From contig NW_024704743.1 in NCBI RefSeq assembly GCF_018977255.1, positions 96,226,001 through 96,290,000 on the forward strand: 64,000 nt of DNA, in the 5' to 3' direction. How positions within the stretch are numbered: the stretch's first letter is position 1; the number at the start of each line of letters is the position of its first letter. The notes beneath the pieces were generated by a model. That model worked only from the letters and a program-made list of their open reading frames with translations. It was not told the DNA's origin and did no database searches. Of this stretch, positions 1-12,236 are shown piece by piece. Both the position numbers and the translations under genes were made by a program. Source of the stretch: Callorhinchus milii. Lineage: Eukaryota.

Positions 1-442
1 GATTTTTAAAAATTGAATATTAATTTGGAAACTGTTTTTTCTGTAATTCTTAAAAGAACTGCCTTCCAAATTAAGGCAGAATAAAACATTTAAACATTTT
101 AACTGTTCTGCATGATCTTAAATTTTAAGGCCAAATGGTTTTCCAGGCCAATCTGAAATTGATCTGGATGTGTCTATCTTGAACACTGACATGGGAGATG
201 CTCAATGCTTTCTTTGTGCTGGGTTTGAAACTGGCTCTCTTGAGGTGAAGGACCCAGACTGTAGAGTTGTGCAAAGTATCTCAACAGCCATCTCAGTATT
301 TCACCTTGTAGACATGTATAACGTATATACGCAAGCTATGTTAGATCTGGCCATCTGTCCACTGGAAGTTGACATTTGACTGGGACACTACAAATAATCA
401 GCTGTGACCAAACTGCTGGTAAATACAATAAAAATAGAGACA

Positions 443-477
443 TGCAGTATTAAAGTTCAGCCACTAGATGTCAGAAG
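443..477 (+). promoter_or_regulatory. Candidate CTCF site (core motif plus upstream TGCAGTA module)
   Basis: tgcagtatt-aaagtt-cagccactagatgtcagaa: a CCACTAGATGTCAG core preceded at the expected spacing by the TGCAGTA upstream module; motif match only. Confidence 0.5.
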
Positions 478-1439
478 CAGATTTTATTACATCATATTTT
501 CAAAGCATGGTTGGAGACACCTAGGGACAGAAAGCTGTTTCTCCAGCATTGTTCTTTTTTCTATCACTCATGAGTCCTGAAAACTGCACACAGGAAACTA
601 GATAGATTCTTGGTTTCAGAATCTTACCTCTAACAGCACACAGAACAGTTTGGGCATGAGGGAGAATCTTTCGACAAAATTCCCACACCTTCAGGTATAA
701 ATAATAAATCAATGCTATGAATTTCATTTTCTGTGTAGGAGGAAACACAGTGTCACAAATATCTGCTTTCTGTGCATCAGTAATTGTCATTCTGTGATGT
801 GAAAAACAATTGTACGCTGCATGATGGCAATAAGATGTTCGTCAAATACATATGCAAAGGCCAAGTGATTAAAGTAACTCTGACATAGTACAGACCCTTT
901 CAGATTCTAGGCTGTTAATGGATTCTTTAATAAAACAACATCTGAGCATTATATAAAGAAACAATTTTGATTCTGCTTCTTAAATCTTCTCCCCAAATTA
1001 TACCCAGCCCTCCTCACTTGTGAACTGCCAATGTCAGAATGGTTTTGTGAGTTGACTGGATGTGGATATAATTGAATCTATGACACTAATAATTGAACAA
1101 TGGTGACAAGGAGGAGAAAGGCTGCTTATTTGTGACAGTAAAACTGAAGAAATTATTCTGAATTATAAATAATAACAGCAGTCTTACATTGATATTTTCT
1201 TGTTTCTTCTAATTATTTTTCATTTCTCAATCGCCGTTCTTCACATTGTTTGCCATGAATGTAGCCAAGTGACCTGCACCCTTGTGACGTGTGAGATAAG
1301 TCCAGGATAGCCTCCTCTTTGTGTGTTGCTCACTGCCTCTGCCTGAGAGGAGAATTGTCAATAGAAACCTTCACCCAGCACCTCTTGCCACGAACATTAG
1401 TACAGCTACATTTAACACTCCTGGATCACTGAACATTGC

Positions 1440-1762
1440 ACTTTCCTCTGCCCTCTATCTTTTCTGCTCTTGTGCCTGTTGTAACTCTTGCTGGGTACAT
1501 AACCACAGACTCTCACAGCCATCTGATAGCTTACCCAAGTGGTTATGTTTCACATGTGAGCCCAGATAGCAAGTGTCAGTAGACCATTCATGGTGAGGGG
1601 AGTTGTGCCTGATCTTTTCTCACCTAACACACACCCAAGCCCATTTTGTGTAGGTGGGCAGCAATTAGGAGCAGGGACTTTAGTTTAGCTTTGCCCACTC
1701 CCTAGCTCAGGGGATCTGTTGCATCCTCCACTGTCCTGGCTGATATAAAGTAATTCAGCACA
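1440..1762 (-). mobile_element. AmnSINE2-like ancient SINE, degraded
   Basis: cccaagtggttatgtttcacatgtgagcccagatagcaagtgtcag is the reverse complement of the recalled ACACTCACTGTCTAGGCTCACACATGAAGAATGGCCACTTGGG block; it is homologous to the copies at 2.0, 9.2 and 18.4 kb. Confidence 0.55.
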
Positions 1763-1994
1763 AAGCAGCAATTGAACCTTGGACACTTCTTCATGTACAT
1801 CGCTTAGTAGCTCTCTGGGATGCCACCTGGTGTGAAGGGTGCCATATAAATCCATGTTGTTGTTGTTGTTATTGTAGCACACCACATGATGAAACATTTA
1901 TTTTTACTTTACTCACATACCATCAGGGAACCCTAATATTTAGTTGGCTGTTTTCTGTCAACATTAGTTCATAAAACATACTCCCTGTATCTCA

Positions 1995-2412
1995 TTTTTT
2001 CCCCTCTGCCAGTTGTTCTTTAATATCTCCCAGTCCTAAGGATTAACTTCATTTTTCTTCCACTCGGCTTCCATAGATACCGGACACCCTCAAATATCTC
2101 ACCCAAGTGGCCATCATTCATGTACAGCCCTTGGCAATGATGTTGGCAGGCTATTGCACAGCCAAAGCCAATCTTGTCCTTACCTAATGTGCACACAGCA
2201 TACACACACAACATCAAACACGTACACAGAGATTCCACCATGGGCTTTTCTGTATGATGATCAGGAATAGGAATCGCAGCTGAATTTCTCCACTCTAATT
2301 GTGGATATTGAAGACAATTATTGTCTTACGATTGCTGAATTAGTTGAGATCAGCTAGCTCAGCACAGAGCAGGATTTAAATCTACGACTTCCTAGTGTGT
2401 GTGGCTCAGTGC
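1995..2412 (-). mobile_element. AmnSINE2-like SINE, near full length
   Basis: cccaagtggccatcattcatg...ggcaggctatt...gagatcagctagctcagcacaga...ggctcagtgc, with head and body in colinear order. Confidence 0.6.
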
Positions 2413-2768
2413 TGCCTTTACCCTTTTGACAGCCTATACACCAATGTCGTGGAGGAGTGCAGGTCACAATTGCGTTCATGTCAAGCTATCTTGCAGACAG
2501 TATTTCTTCCATATTTACTATTATCCGTGTCATGTCATTAATCTTTGCTGGCTTTGTCCCTGAATCATTGTGACCAGTGCTATTCTCTTTCAGATTGTAC
2601 TTTTGTCTGTAATAGGAAAGCCATGAGGTGGAGATGGCAGTGATCAGTAAATTACAGCTGAATGATTCATTGTGTTTTTGCCCAATCAATCAAAGTCTTC
2701 AAATCAATGGAAAACTTCAGCAGTGGTTATTGCCAGTTAATTTTGAGAAAGAAGGAATAATACATTAA

Positions 2769-2973
2769 GGTGTCTGGCTTACAATATTTCTTCACAGGAT
2801 TTCTTAATAAGGAACCTGAGTTTTGCAAATGGGGACTCCTTCTGGTGACTCGACATACAATGCCCTCACCAATGCGATCTAGTTCTGGAGAATCGTTTCC
2901 ATAGTTCAGCAAGAATTTCTCAATAATGAATCAATTCATTATTGAGAAATCCTGTTGGGAAATATTTAGACCC
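2769..2973. mobile_element. MITE (non-autonomous DNA transposon), copy 1, containing a perfect 17-bp hairpin at 2915-2950
   Basis: Degenerate TIRs (caatatttcttcacaggatttcttaataa ... ttattgagaaatcctgttgggaaatatttagaccc); internal sequence resembles 29138-29315. Confidence 0.55.
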
Positions 2974-3930
2974 TTAAATTTGCTAAAGTGACTCCACTTC
3001 TTGCACAGTGAGAATGACTAACAACTATGTGTTGGACGACTTGCAAATTGCGACAATGTTCAGTTCTGCGGTTCCAGTTAATGGTTTTCTGGTTGATGGA
3101 ACCATTCCTTTACAGATATTTACTCTGCCAGTATTTTCCCCTCTATATTTAGATTAATGCTGAACGATTTTGTTTAATAGATGCAAAATGATAATTGGGA
3201 CAACATTATTTCCAGCAGAACGTCCGATTTAACATGCTTCAGCCGCTCAATAATCTTTGTGTGTCTGCGTGTGTGTCTTTGTGTGTGTGGGCAGAATGCA
3301 ATTTTAAGCCATCCGAAACAACACTTTCCAGTGTGGGCTCAGACTAGGACAGAATCTCAATTATCAGTTGAACACATGGTATCTTTCTCCTACATACAAA
3401 ACAGATGAGCTCAGCTGAATGGCCTTGGGGGAATGCTGAGCAGAGGCCAGGCACATCTCTATTGGGAGGGAGAGAGGATCCTCCTTGGGCCACTCTCCTG
3501 TACTTTGGAGCAGGTCGCCTGCCCTTCCTCACTTCCCCTCAATGTCCCTAACCCAATTGGTCACAGATCTGAGGATATCAAGAAATACCTTCAAGCGTTA
3601 TCTTCAAGAGGAAACAAATGCAAAGATTTATTAAAATTGATTCTGGCTCCAGTCCTTGGCATTGGCACTATGGAACTACAGTAGTAATGGCTTTTGGCAA
3701 CTTGAGAACCACGCACCATGGTTGTCCCTGCCTCCTCCTTATCCCTCGCTTCACAGGATTATTGCAGTGCGATGCATTCATTATTAATAAATGAAAACTG
3801 TATCTATTTGTATGGTACTGGTAGAAAGTTCAGTTTGTTTTTAATTCATGTTGCACATACCTCAGACGAAGTGTTACCATACGATTACATTGCAAGGTAC
3901 TCACAAAAAGTGAATGGATTTTCAATTCTA

Positions 3931-4460
3931 GAGACTTAAGAAGCTAGGGATGTTTTCCCTGGAGACGAGGAAGTTGAGGGAGATTATCTGATGACCTGGT
4001 AGAGATTATCAAGATTATCAAGGGGGTATAGTTGTAGATTATTTCTACCTCTTGGTTAGTCAGGAAAGAGAGGGCGCAAAAATTTAAGAAAATCACAGAA
4101 ATAATTAAAGTGGAGGTTAGAAAACATTGCTTTATTTGCCTACAAAAATACAGTCACTGTACTTTACGGTACAATATGTGGAGGGCTTTGAGACAGGCCT
4201 CTTGATGTGAAAGATATTCTAACAATGTAAAGATGATTATTATACAAAGGGTGGGTGGATCAATGGAAATCTCTGCCACAAATCATAATGGAAGCAGAGA
4301 CAATAAATCCTTTTAAAAGAGCATTAGATGAGTGTTTGAAGACGAAGAGTATGGAAGCATATTGGGAGTGAGCAAGAGGATGGGATTAAATGGCTCATGT
4401 GGAGAAAAACACCAATGTTTCAAACTGCCTGTTTCTGTACTGTTGCAATTAATGTGTCTA
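3931..4460 (+). mobile_element. CR1 LINE 3' fragment, interrupted by a SINE tail at about 4130-4243
   Basis: gagacttaagaagctagggatgttttccctggagacgaggaagttgagg (RLKKLGMFSLE..R) followed by a CR1-type 3' UTR. Confidence 0.65.
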
Positions 4461-4690
4461 TTGTTAAGACGTTGTGGTGAGAGATTCCTCCTTTACACGT
4501 TTTGCCTCCTGAGAGAATATTTCCTCAAAGAGCACAACAGCCTCTGTCAAATTGTAAGGACAAAGCCATATTTTGATTTATAGATGTGACCTAATTTGAT
4601 GCCTATTACTCCCCCGAATAAACACAACTCTGTGTATTTAGTGCAGTATATTACAGTATTCACTTTTCAGTATATATTATCCACTATGCT

Positions 4691-4970
4691 ACGGAGTCCT
4701 CTGTTTCCCAGCAGTAAGTAGGAAGCCAGTTGTTAGTCAATTGTCAGGTCACTTTCTGACGGTAATAATCCCTAAAAAAAAGCTTACTCAATCCATGACT
4801 ATTTATGGTTCACTGCTATTAACAATTGGCTGCCGCATTTTGCCCACAAAGTAAACAGTCAATTCACGTTACAGTGTCAATTCACATTACTGTGAAGCGT
4901 TTTGAGACGTCTCAATAACGTGATAAGGGGCTATATCAAATGTGAGGATTATGATTATATTATTATTATT
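4691..4970 (+). mobile_element. tRNA-derived SINE (family A), internally deleted
   Basis: Head ggagtcct joined directly to ctgtttcccagcagtaagtagg; standard tail gctatatcaaatgtgaggatt(att)n. Confidence 0.8.
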
Positions 4971-5427
4971 TAAATAGGCTTGCAATCTGTGCTACACTTT
5001 TCTCCATGATGTTGACATCTTCAGTGTTATGATACAATTAGATATGTATTCATTATTTCTCAATTTAACTTGTAGAGATAGAAAAGAGAAAAATCAGACA
5101 AGGATTCTTCATATTCTTGATCTCTGAACTGCTCTCACACTCATCACTGTTGGAGATGCATATTAGACATTGGTTGTGGACAAGGGTCATCGTTGCCAAG
5201 GCTCACACCTGAGGATTTCCACATGGGCAAGAGGGCTTGGCACCCCTAGCAATCAAGAGTAATCTAGAGCAGTTGGGCTTTCATAGCTTGTATGAGAAGT
5301 GTCAGGAGTCAAACCCGATCACATTGTCTGCTCTGTCATCTGCAGTTAGTCTGTGGAACAGAAAGATCTGTGAGAATTGACATGTGAAGACTGTGTCCAC
5401 AGGGCTTGTACATTTGACTAGCTGAAG

Positions 5428-5660
5428 CCTGAATTTTGTCTAATCTTGGCCTGTAAGATAATTTTGTCAAAAGTTAAGATCATGCAAAATTATGCAAACT
5501 TAGATTCAGTGTTAATGTGAAACGGTTTCTTTTAAAGAACCGCTGAAACAAATGCCTTTCAAATTAAGATTGAATTTGAGAATTTTCTACATCGCTGCGC
5601 AATCTTAAACTTTAAGACAAAATGATCTTAAGAAGTAAGACGAAGTGGAATGTGAGGGAA
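5428..5660. repeat. Old AT-rich dispersed repeat, probably a MITE; related pieces near 1-160, 26695-26825, 52320-52420 and 58570-58660
   Basis: Shared blocks such as caaattaagattgaatttgag / caaattaagactgaatttaag and gcaatcttaaa / ttaagattgtgc. Confidence 0.4.
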
Positions 5661-6462
5661 GGTTTCCATCCAGGTTCTAAAGTTTGGAATTTGACAAGCT
5701 CTCACCTTTTCCTGACCCAAAGCTCTGATATATGGGTAAGATAGTTGCAGATTGGGATGGGATCATGACGTGAGCTCTAATGCTTGCTTTGCTGCTGTTG
5801 AAAATATATTGAAAGCTCAATAATCAATGTGTCTGCAACACACAACACAGAAATAAATGGAGGAATAACAATAAGATTTTTTGTTGCATCAACTCCCCCT
5901 CTCCAATTTTCTCTACTCCCTTCACCTGAAGGAATCGATGGGACAAAATTATTATTATTATTTTGCCAAAGCTGCGGTACAAAAGTTTTGAGCTACTCAA
6001 CACTGAACAGATTTTGTTTTAATAAGAAATAACTTATTTCCTCCTTAAACCTTTTCTTACATTGGAAAAGCATTCTCAGTGATCGTCAGTTTGGGTGAAC
6101 AGTTATCAATTGCACATGGTACTGAAAGTGTTAAATACTCCTTTTGTCTCATCTGTCTTTCTCATTATTCTCCAGCAGCGTACTTCTTGTCTCTCATTTC
6201 AATGTGCTCCTGTAAATAACTGTAATGCAATGTTCAAAGTATAAATAACATATTATTAAAAATGTAGAATGAAATTAGAGTGAAATTAAACTTGCATTAG
6301 AGTTACTTAAAGCATACAGGGACAAATTCAAGAGAGGAGAATAGCACTTAGCCCATATCATCGAGTGAATTACATGGAGCTCACAGAGAAGAACAACTGA
6401 CAATGTTAGACTTAAGGTAGAAACATATGTACATAAAGATTTAATTAGCACTTAGAAATGGT

Positions 6463-6833
6463 ATAATAATATAAAATAATCCTTGCATTTGATATACCGC
6501 TTTATCATGTCTTTGAGATGTCTCAAAGCGCTTCACAGAATATACTGTCAAGTGAATTGACTGTATATTTTGTGGGCAAAACACAGCAGCCAATTGCGCA
6601 CAGCAGAGTCCCACGAACAGTCGTGGATTGACTGACCAATTTTTTTTCAAGGAATTATTACCCCCGGAAAAGTGATCTGCCAATCAAATAACAACTGAGT
6701 TCCCACTTACTGCTAGGTAAACAGAGGCATGTGGAATAAGGAAACTTACCTAACATTTCGTCCTGCCTGGAATTGAACCCAGATCTCTTGCTCGCGAGGC
6801 AAATCATCTAACCACTGAGCTACAAGACTCTAC
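6463..6833 (-). mobile_element. tRNA-derived SINE (family A), full length
   Basis: Reverse complement shows the head gtagagtcttgtagctcagtggttag (A box), gggttcaattcc (B box), body and (ATT)n tail. Confidence 0.9.
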
Positions 6834-7029
6834 AAATGTTATGCTTTTACACTTTAACCAATAAACAAAGTTTACTGTGGCACACTGTTAAAAAAGCAAA
6901 GATTAACGATTTTTAGTAGTTGGACAAATATTTCATTATAAACAACACAGATTAGTGAATCTGGGTTTTTGATCACCATTTCAAATGGGAAAAATTCGAA
7001 GTGAAAAGTTGGCTTGTATTCTGATCAAT

Positions 7030-7245
7030 ATCATCAGTTGGTTGGGCTTCCATCTCCAAGTTAAAAGGTTATGAGTTCAAGCTTCATGTTGGCACTTTGA
7101 ATTCACAGTCTAGGTTGTCACTCTAATGCTTTGCTGGGGGAATTTTGTATTGTTAGAGGTTCCATCTATCAGATGAAACGTTAAATTAAGGACCCGTCTG
7201 CCTTGTTTAAGTGGAAGCTAAAATCCTGTGGCACCATTTGATATG
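7030..7245 (+). mobile_element. Deu-domain SINE (family B), 5' portion
   Basis: tcagttggt...gagttcaagc...cagatgaaacgttaaattaagg...atcctgtggcac. Confidence 0.6.
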
Positions 7246-8007
7246 TTGGGGATAAAAGCAATCAGCAGATATATTCTTGAACAAACTAAGGTCTGCAGCT
7301 GGTCAAAGGCCATGACTTGCTCTGCTTTCCTCACAGCAGCAGTGTTTTAAACCCTGTGAAATGGTAGGGGCCTTGCCCTTTGATCTCTGGCTTACCTAAT
7401 TCCCACACAAAAAGAAAACATTATTTTACGGAAGCAGCATATTTAGAGGCTAACATTTTGAGAACCTGGCCTTTGGGTACCTCCTCATAGATAAATCATA
7501 TGGACAGTATCGTTCTTGCACATAGGGATGGCTCCTTGATTAAACTTAGAAGCAAACACAGTTTTTATCTCTTGCAGCAGTAGGAGATTTTACAAGGAAT
7601 GGCAGAGCTGCCGAGGGCTTTTTATCTGCTGATGGCAAAGTTATTTCTTATTAAAAGAGGCTGTTCAGTGTTGAGTAGCCTAACAATACAGCATTCCTAA
7701 CCATTTGAAAATGTTTTCACTTAGACACGGAAACCTCAGTGTTACTGTAATAACCTGTTACTGCCCACACTGCATTCATACATGGAACCAGATCCTTTAA
7801 CTCATTAACAGGACGATAAAGGGTGATGCCCTGCATGTAGCTTTCTCTCATTTCTGTTTTTTTTCCCCCATCTTCAATTTTCTTTCCTACCCCCCACCCC
7901 ACCCCGCAAAATAATCTCACTGGTCATCCTCAGAGTACCTCGCCCACATGGACAATTTCCATCTTTGAATCTAGTCACTGAGTGCCAGCAGATTACATGA
8001 CTTTATA

Positions 8008-8226
8008 TCAGCCTGACTCAGTCGGTAGTGCTCTTGTCTCTGGGACAGAGGTTGGGGTTCAGACCCCACATCAGGACTTTGAACACATTTTAATCTATAC
8101 TGACACTCCAATACATTACTGGGGGGGGGTAGGTGGGTGCTGTATTTTAGTCTTGGCTGACATTCCATTGTAGTGCTGGGGCCGTGCTGCATTGTTGGAG
8201 GTGCTGTCCTTTGGATAAGACGTTAA
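8008..8226 (+). mobile_element. Deu-domain SINE (family B), 5' portion
   Basis: tcagcctgactcagtcggtagtgctc head; ggaggtgctgtcctttggataagacgttaa Deu block. Confidence 0.75.
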
Positions 8227-8249
8227 TCCAATCTACGTGGACAAAAGAT

Positions 8250-8489
8250 TGTTGTCCACGACATCAGGAGAAACTCCCTTGTCTTTTTGAGTAGGTTCAC
8301 AGGATCTTTAATGTCCACCTGAACAGAGCCTCGGTTCAACATCTCAGCTGAAGGACGGCATCTCTGACGATGCAGCACAGCCCCAACACTGCAATGAAAT
8401 GTCAGCCTAGACTGTAGGAGTTCCAAGTCCCGACATGGAACCTGAACTACAACCTTCTTACTCAGAAACAAGAGTGCTACCAAGTGAGC
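8250..8489 (-). mobile_element. Deu-domain SINE (family B), inverted relative to 8008-8226
   Basis: Reverse complement reads gctcacttggtagcactc...gatgccgtccttcagctgagatgttgaaccgagg...taaagatcctgtg. Confidence 0.75.
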
Positions 8490-9189
8490 ATTTTTGTTTT
8501 AGTTCACAGACCTGTTGGTTGCCTGGTACGAGTGAATTTTTAAGATGGCTAATAGAATAAATGGTTTCACTTTGATCTTGAAAAGGAGGTAGGATCAAAC
8601 AGCTTGAATTATTGCCTCTGACGATGTTACTGGAATATTGTTACAATGATTGTTCAAAGAGCCTGTGGCTGAAGAGCATTAAGCAGGGTTGAGCACAGGA
8701 ACGGGAGAGAAAAAATAAATTTAAAACCAGTTTGCTGAATGTAAGTCGAAGAGGTTATTTAGATACAGCAATTGACAGCACAGGGGAAAGCATTCACATC
8801 TTAAAGAGCCTGGCTTACCATCAGCATCCCCCTTAACAAAATCTAACTGGAACAATGACTGCATTTAGTAAATGGCACTAAATAAATGCAAGCTCTTGTT
8901 GTTGTTCGTAAACCTTTTGGGCCTATTTTACTTCTGTTGAACATTTGAATATTTTTGTTTCATCATCAGTGGAGCTGGCTCGGAGGAGTTTGTGTGGCGG
9001 AGCTGAATTGACATGCACACAGTGGAAGTGACAGGATTGCCAGGGCCCTGGGCTAACACTTGCCTCTGCTGATATTAATTCAGCGCCTTCGTGCTGCTTG
9101 AGCCAATTCCCCTGATGATGTCACTACCGTATATGTTAAACTATTGAAAGAAATTAATAGAATGGGGGAAAAAATGGAGGTTCACTTTA

Positions 9190-9620
9190 ATTATTAATTC
9201 CTCAAACCACTTCCTCCCCTTCTCTCCTGAAGGCCTTTGATACCTTTCTCTCTCATTGGTGTTAGGTTTATTGGGCATTGGGTGCCCCCTGGTACCTCGC
9301 CCAGATGGCTATTATTTATGCATAAACCTTGCGAGGGAGCACCAAGGCTATTCAGCCATTTGGAGCCATTGCAGCTGAATCCCTTCCTGCCCCCCTCCTT
9401 GGGTCCACATATGTTCTGGGAGGGAGTAGGGAAAGAGCGAGAAATACAGCGATTGGATTGTGGCCAAGAAAGAGGAACGCAGGCAGCTGATTTCTCTGTC
9501 TCAAACCAAAGCTGAGGCCAATTGTAGCATCTTTAATACCAGCTCATCTGAGATCAGCTAACTCATTATAGATCAAAAAATCAAACTTGAGACCTTTCTG
9601 GTTCTTATGATTTAGCTACT
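9190..9620 (-). mobile_element. AmnSINE2-like SINE
   Basis: ctctcctgaagg...ggtacctcgcccagatggc...ctgaggccaattgtagc...gagatcagctaactca. Confidence 0.65.
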
Positions 9621-9775
9621 CTCGGAATAAACTTGCAGAGCCGAGTTTTCACAACTGTTCAAGTTTCAAAAAGAACTTTAACTTTCAGTTCAGTTCATTT
9701 AAAAAAAGTTCTGTTTTGGGTGCCTAATGTTGAGAAGAAACTCAAGAAACAGGCTGACCCAACTATGGCAAAACT

Positions 9776-10003
9776 ATAATAATAATGATAATAATAATCC
9801 TTGCATTTGATATAGCGCTTTTTACGTCTTCTCGACGTCTCAAAGCGCTTCACAGAATAGACTGTAAAGTGAATTGACTGTATATTTGTGGGCAAAACGC
9901 GGCAGCCAATTGCACACAGCAGTGTCACACAAACAGTCATGGACTGAAAATGACCAATTTATTATTGTTTTGTTTTTTGGAGGGATTATTATTAGGCGTG
10001 TGG
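9776..10003 (-). mobile_element. tRNA-derived SINE (family A), 3' half, short-body variant
   Basis: Tail and body match; junction gcctaataataatccctcc is shared with the copy at 15010. Confidence 0.85.
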
Positions 10004-10944
10004 TTAAAATAGTTAAAACTCCTTTTAACTATTTCATATCTGGCAAAACTTTTATGTGACAATACATTTATTGTTGTGATAAAGGTTGTTAAATGCTCCA
10101 GATGAAAAATAACAACAACAACTTGCATTTCATAGCACCCTTCACGCAAGATAGCATTTCGGAGCACTGTTTTTCAAATAAACAAACCTGGTTCCAAACC
10201 TGGTTTGGTGAGTGAGTCTGATGATGGGAGTCTATTTGTAGGCTGATCACTAAAAACAGCGATCGATTTGTTTCTGGTTACCCATTATAAAGCTGCAGCA
10301 ATAAAGATCACAATTTTTTGTAATCTGCATGTGATATTCCCAACTGTGAATTTCTATTGTGATTTTTCAATGGTTTGCACACATCATTAAAATCACTACA
10401 CTTGGTGGCAAAAGGAATATTTTTCCCATCACACTTCAGATCATTTTTCAGCATCTGTCAAAATTTGAATAATAGTACTGATGATTATTATAAATTTCTA
10501 CTTTTTCGTCCTAGCACTTTTACAGTATAAAGAGACAGCATCAATCTCTGTTACCCACAGCACTACCTCAAAACACCCAACTCAAGTGAATTCTTCACAG
10601 CAAAATCCTCAGTAATAGACTTCTTTCAAAGATCCACATCATTTTTTATTTAATAAAAGAAACTTTCTCAAGACAAGTGCTGCAGGCAACGTGTGTCCTT
10701 GTAAAGCAGCCCTAGAGTAGATATGTGAAATTTTGTGTAAATCGAGTCTGAATTTCGTAGGTTAAGATAAAGTATATTGACAATCTTCTTTTGGACATTT
10801 TATTAAACCAATAAATTTAAACGCTTTAGCAAAGGTGAGGAATTTGGCAATTCCGGCAGCTGAACTTTTGAAGTTAGGTAGTGAGTGGCGTGCCCTGATT
10901 GGCGGAGTCCTGTAGCGTATTGGCTAGAGTGCTCGCCTCGCAAT

Positions 10945-11382
10945 GTGGAGTCCTGTAGCTCAGTGGTTAGAGCACTCATCTCACAAGTGAGAGACCTGGG
11001 TTCGATTCCCAGCAGGGTGAAACGTTGGGCAAGTTTCCTTACTCCATATACCTTTGTTTACCTAGCAGTAATTAGGAACCCGGTTGTTAGTCGATTGGCG
11101 GATCACTTTTCCGGGCATAATAATCCCTTCAAAAAAAATAATAATAATAAACTGGTCACTCACTCCACAACTGTTTGTGAGTCACTGCTGTGGTCAATTG
11201 GCTGCTGCATTTCACCCACAAAACACACAGTATATTTAAGCGCTCTGAGACACCGCCCGGCGTGGAGGGCGCTATATAAGTGCAAATTTCTTTGTTGTTG
11301 TTGTATATTCTGTGAAGCGCTTTGAGACATCTAGAAGACGTGATAAGGCACTATGTCAAATGCAAGGATTATTATTATTATT
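10945..11382 (+). mobile_element. tRNA-derived SINE (family A), full length, nested in the head of the outer copy
   Basis: gtggagtcctgtagctcagtggttagagcac...gggttcgattccc...(att)n, flanked by aat/aat. Confidence 0.9.
11237..11302 (+). mobile_element. 66-bp L2 3'-tail insertion with 7-bp TSD
   Basis: taagcgctctgagacaccgcccggcgtggagggcgctatataagtgcaaa...(gtt)n flanked by gtatatt at 11230-11236 and 11303-11309. Confidence 0.85.
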
Positions 11383-11485
11383 AATTGAGAGGACCCAAAT
11401 TCGATTCTCGATTGGGGCGAAACCCCAAACAAGTTTCCTTACTCCACACCCATCTATTTGCCAGGCAGTAAGTAGAAATCCAGTT

Positions 11486-11543
11486 TAAGCGCTCTGAGAT
11501 GCCTTCCAGCATAAAGGACACTATATAAATGCAAGTTGTTGTT
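11486..11543 (+). mobile_element. Short L2 3'-tail insertion
   Basis: taagcgctctgagatgcc...ctatataaatgcaagttgttgtt interrupts the SINE body at ccagtt|gttagt. Confidence 0.75.
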
Positions 11544-12083
11544 GTTAGTGGGTTGGGCGATCGCTTTCCAGGGGTAATAATCCCTTTGAGATAATAAATA
11601 AATAAAATAATTTGGTCACTCAATCCACGACTGTTTATGGGACACTGCTGTACGTAATTGGCTGCCACGTTTTGCCCATAAAATATACAGGCAATTCACT
11701 TTACAGTATATTCTGTGAAGTGCTTTGTGACGTCTATATAAACCCAAGTTGTTGTTGTTGTCTCCATGACCTGATAAGGCGTTATATCAAATGGAAGGAT
11801 TATTAATATTTCAGTTAGAGCAGTAATGGAACCCATTTACCTGTTACCTGACCCAAGAATCAGATTGGGCAGCATTACGGACGACCCACTATCACTAGGC
11901 ACACATACACTTTCACATCCACCCAGATACATTCACACACATGTCTCCAAACACTTCACAGCAATTACTGCCTGGTGTAGTCATGTGGCAACCATTTTGC
12001 ACGTGGGAATGTCACACAAACAAGCATGAGGTGAAGCATTGTTGGCCAGGTCACTGGCAGAAAATCCTTTCTCTTTTTGAAAG

Positions 12084-12236
12084 ATAATAATAATAATCTT
12101 TGCATTTGATACAGCCCTTTTCATGTCTTCTAGATGCCTCAAAGCGCTTCACAGAAAAATAATAAGAAAAATATACTGTAAAGTGAATTGACTGTATATT
12201 GGTGGGCGAAACGCGGCAGCCAATTGCACATAGCAG
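12084..12236 (-). mobile_element. SINE 3' portion (shared A/B tail), followed by a Deu fragment to about 12340
   Basis: ataataataatctttgcatttgatacagc...gcggcagccaattgcac. Confidence 0.8.

Larger units (their letters stand above)
10902..11805 (+). mobile_element. tRNA-derived SINE (family A), outer host copy split by nested insertions
   Basis: Head 10902-10944 resumes at 11386 (tgagaggacccaaattcgattc), continues through the body and ends atcaaatggaaggattatta. Confidence 0.85.

Noticed and set aside
10885..11325. 146-aa ORF
   Set aside because: Lies almost entirely within nested SINEs
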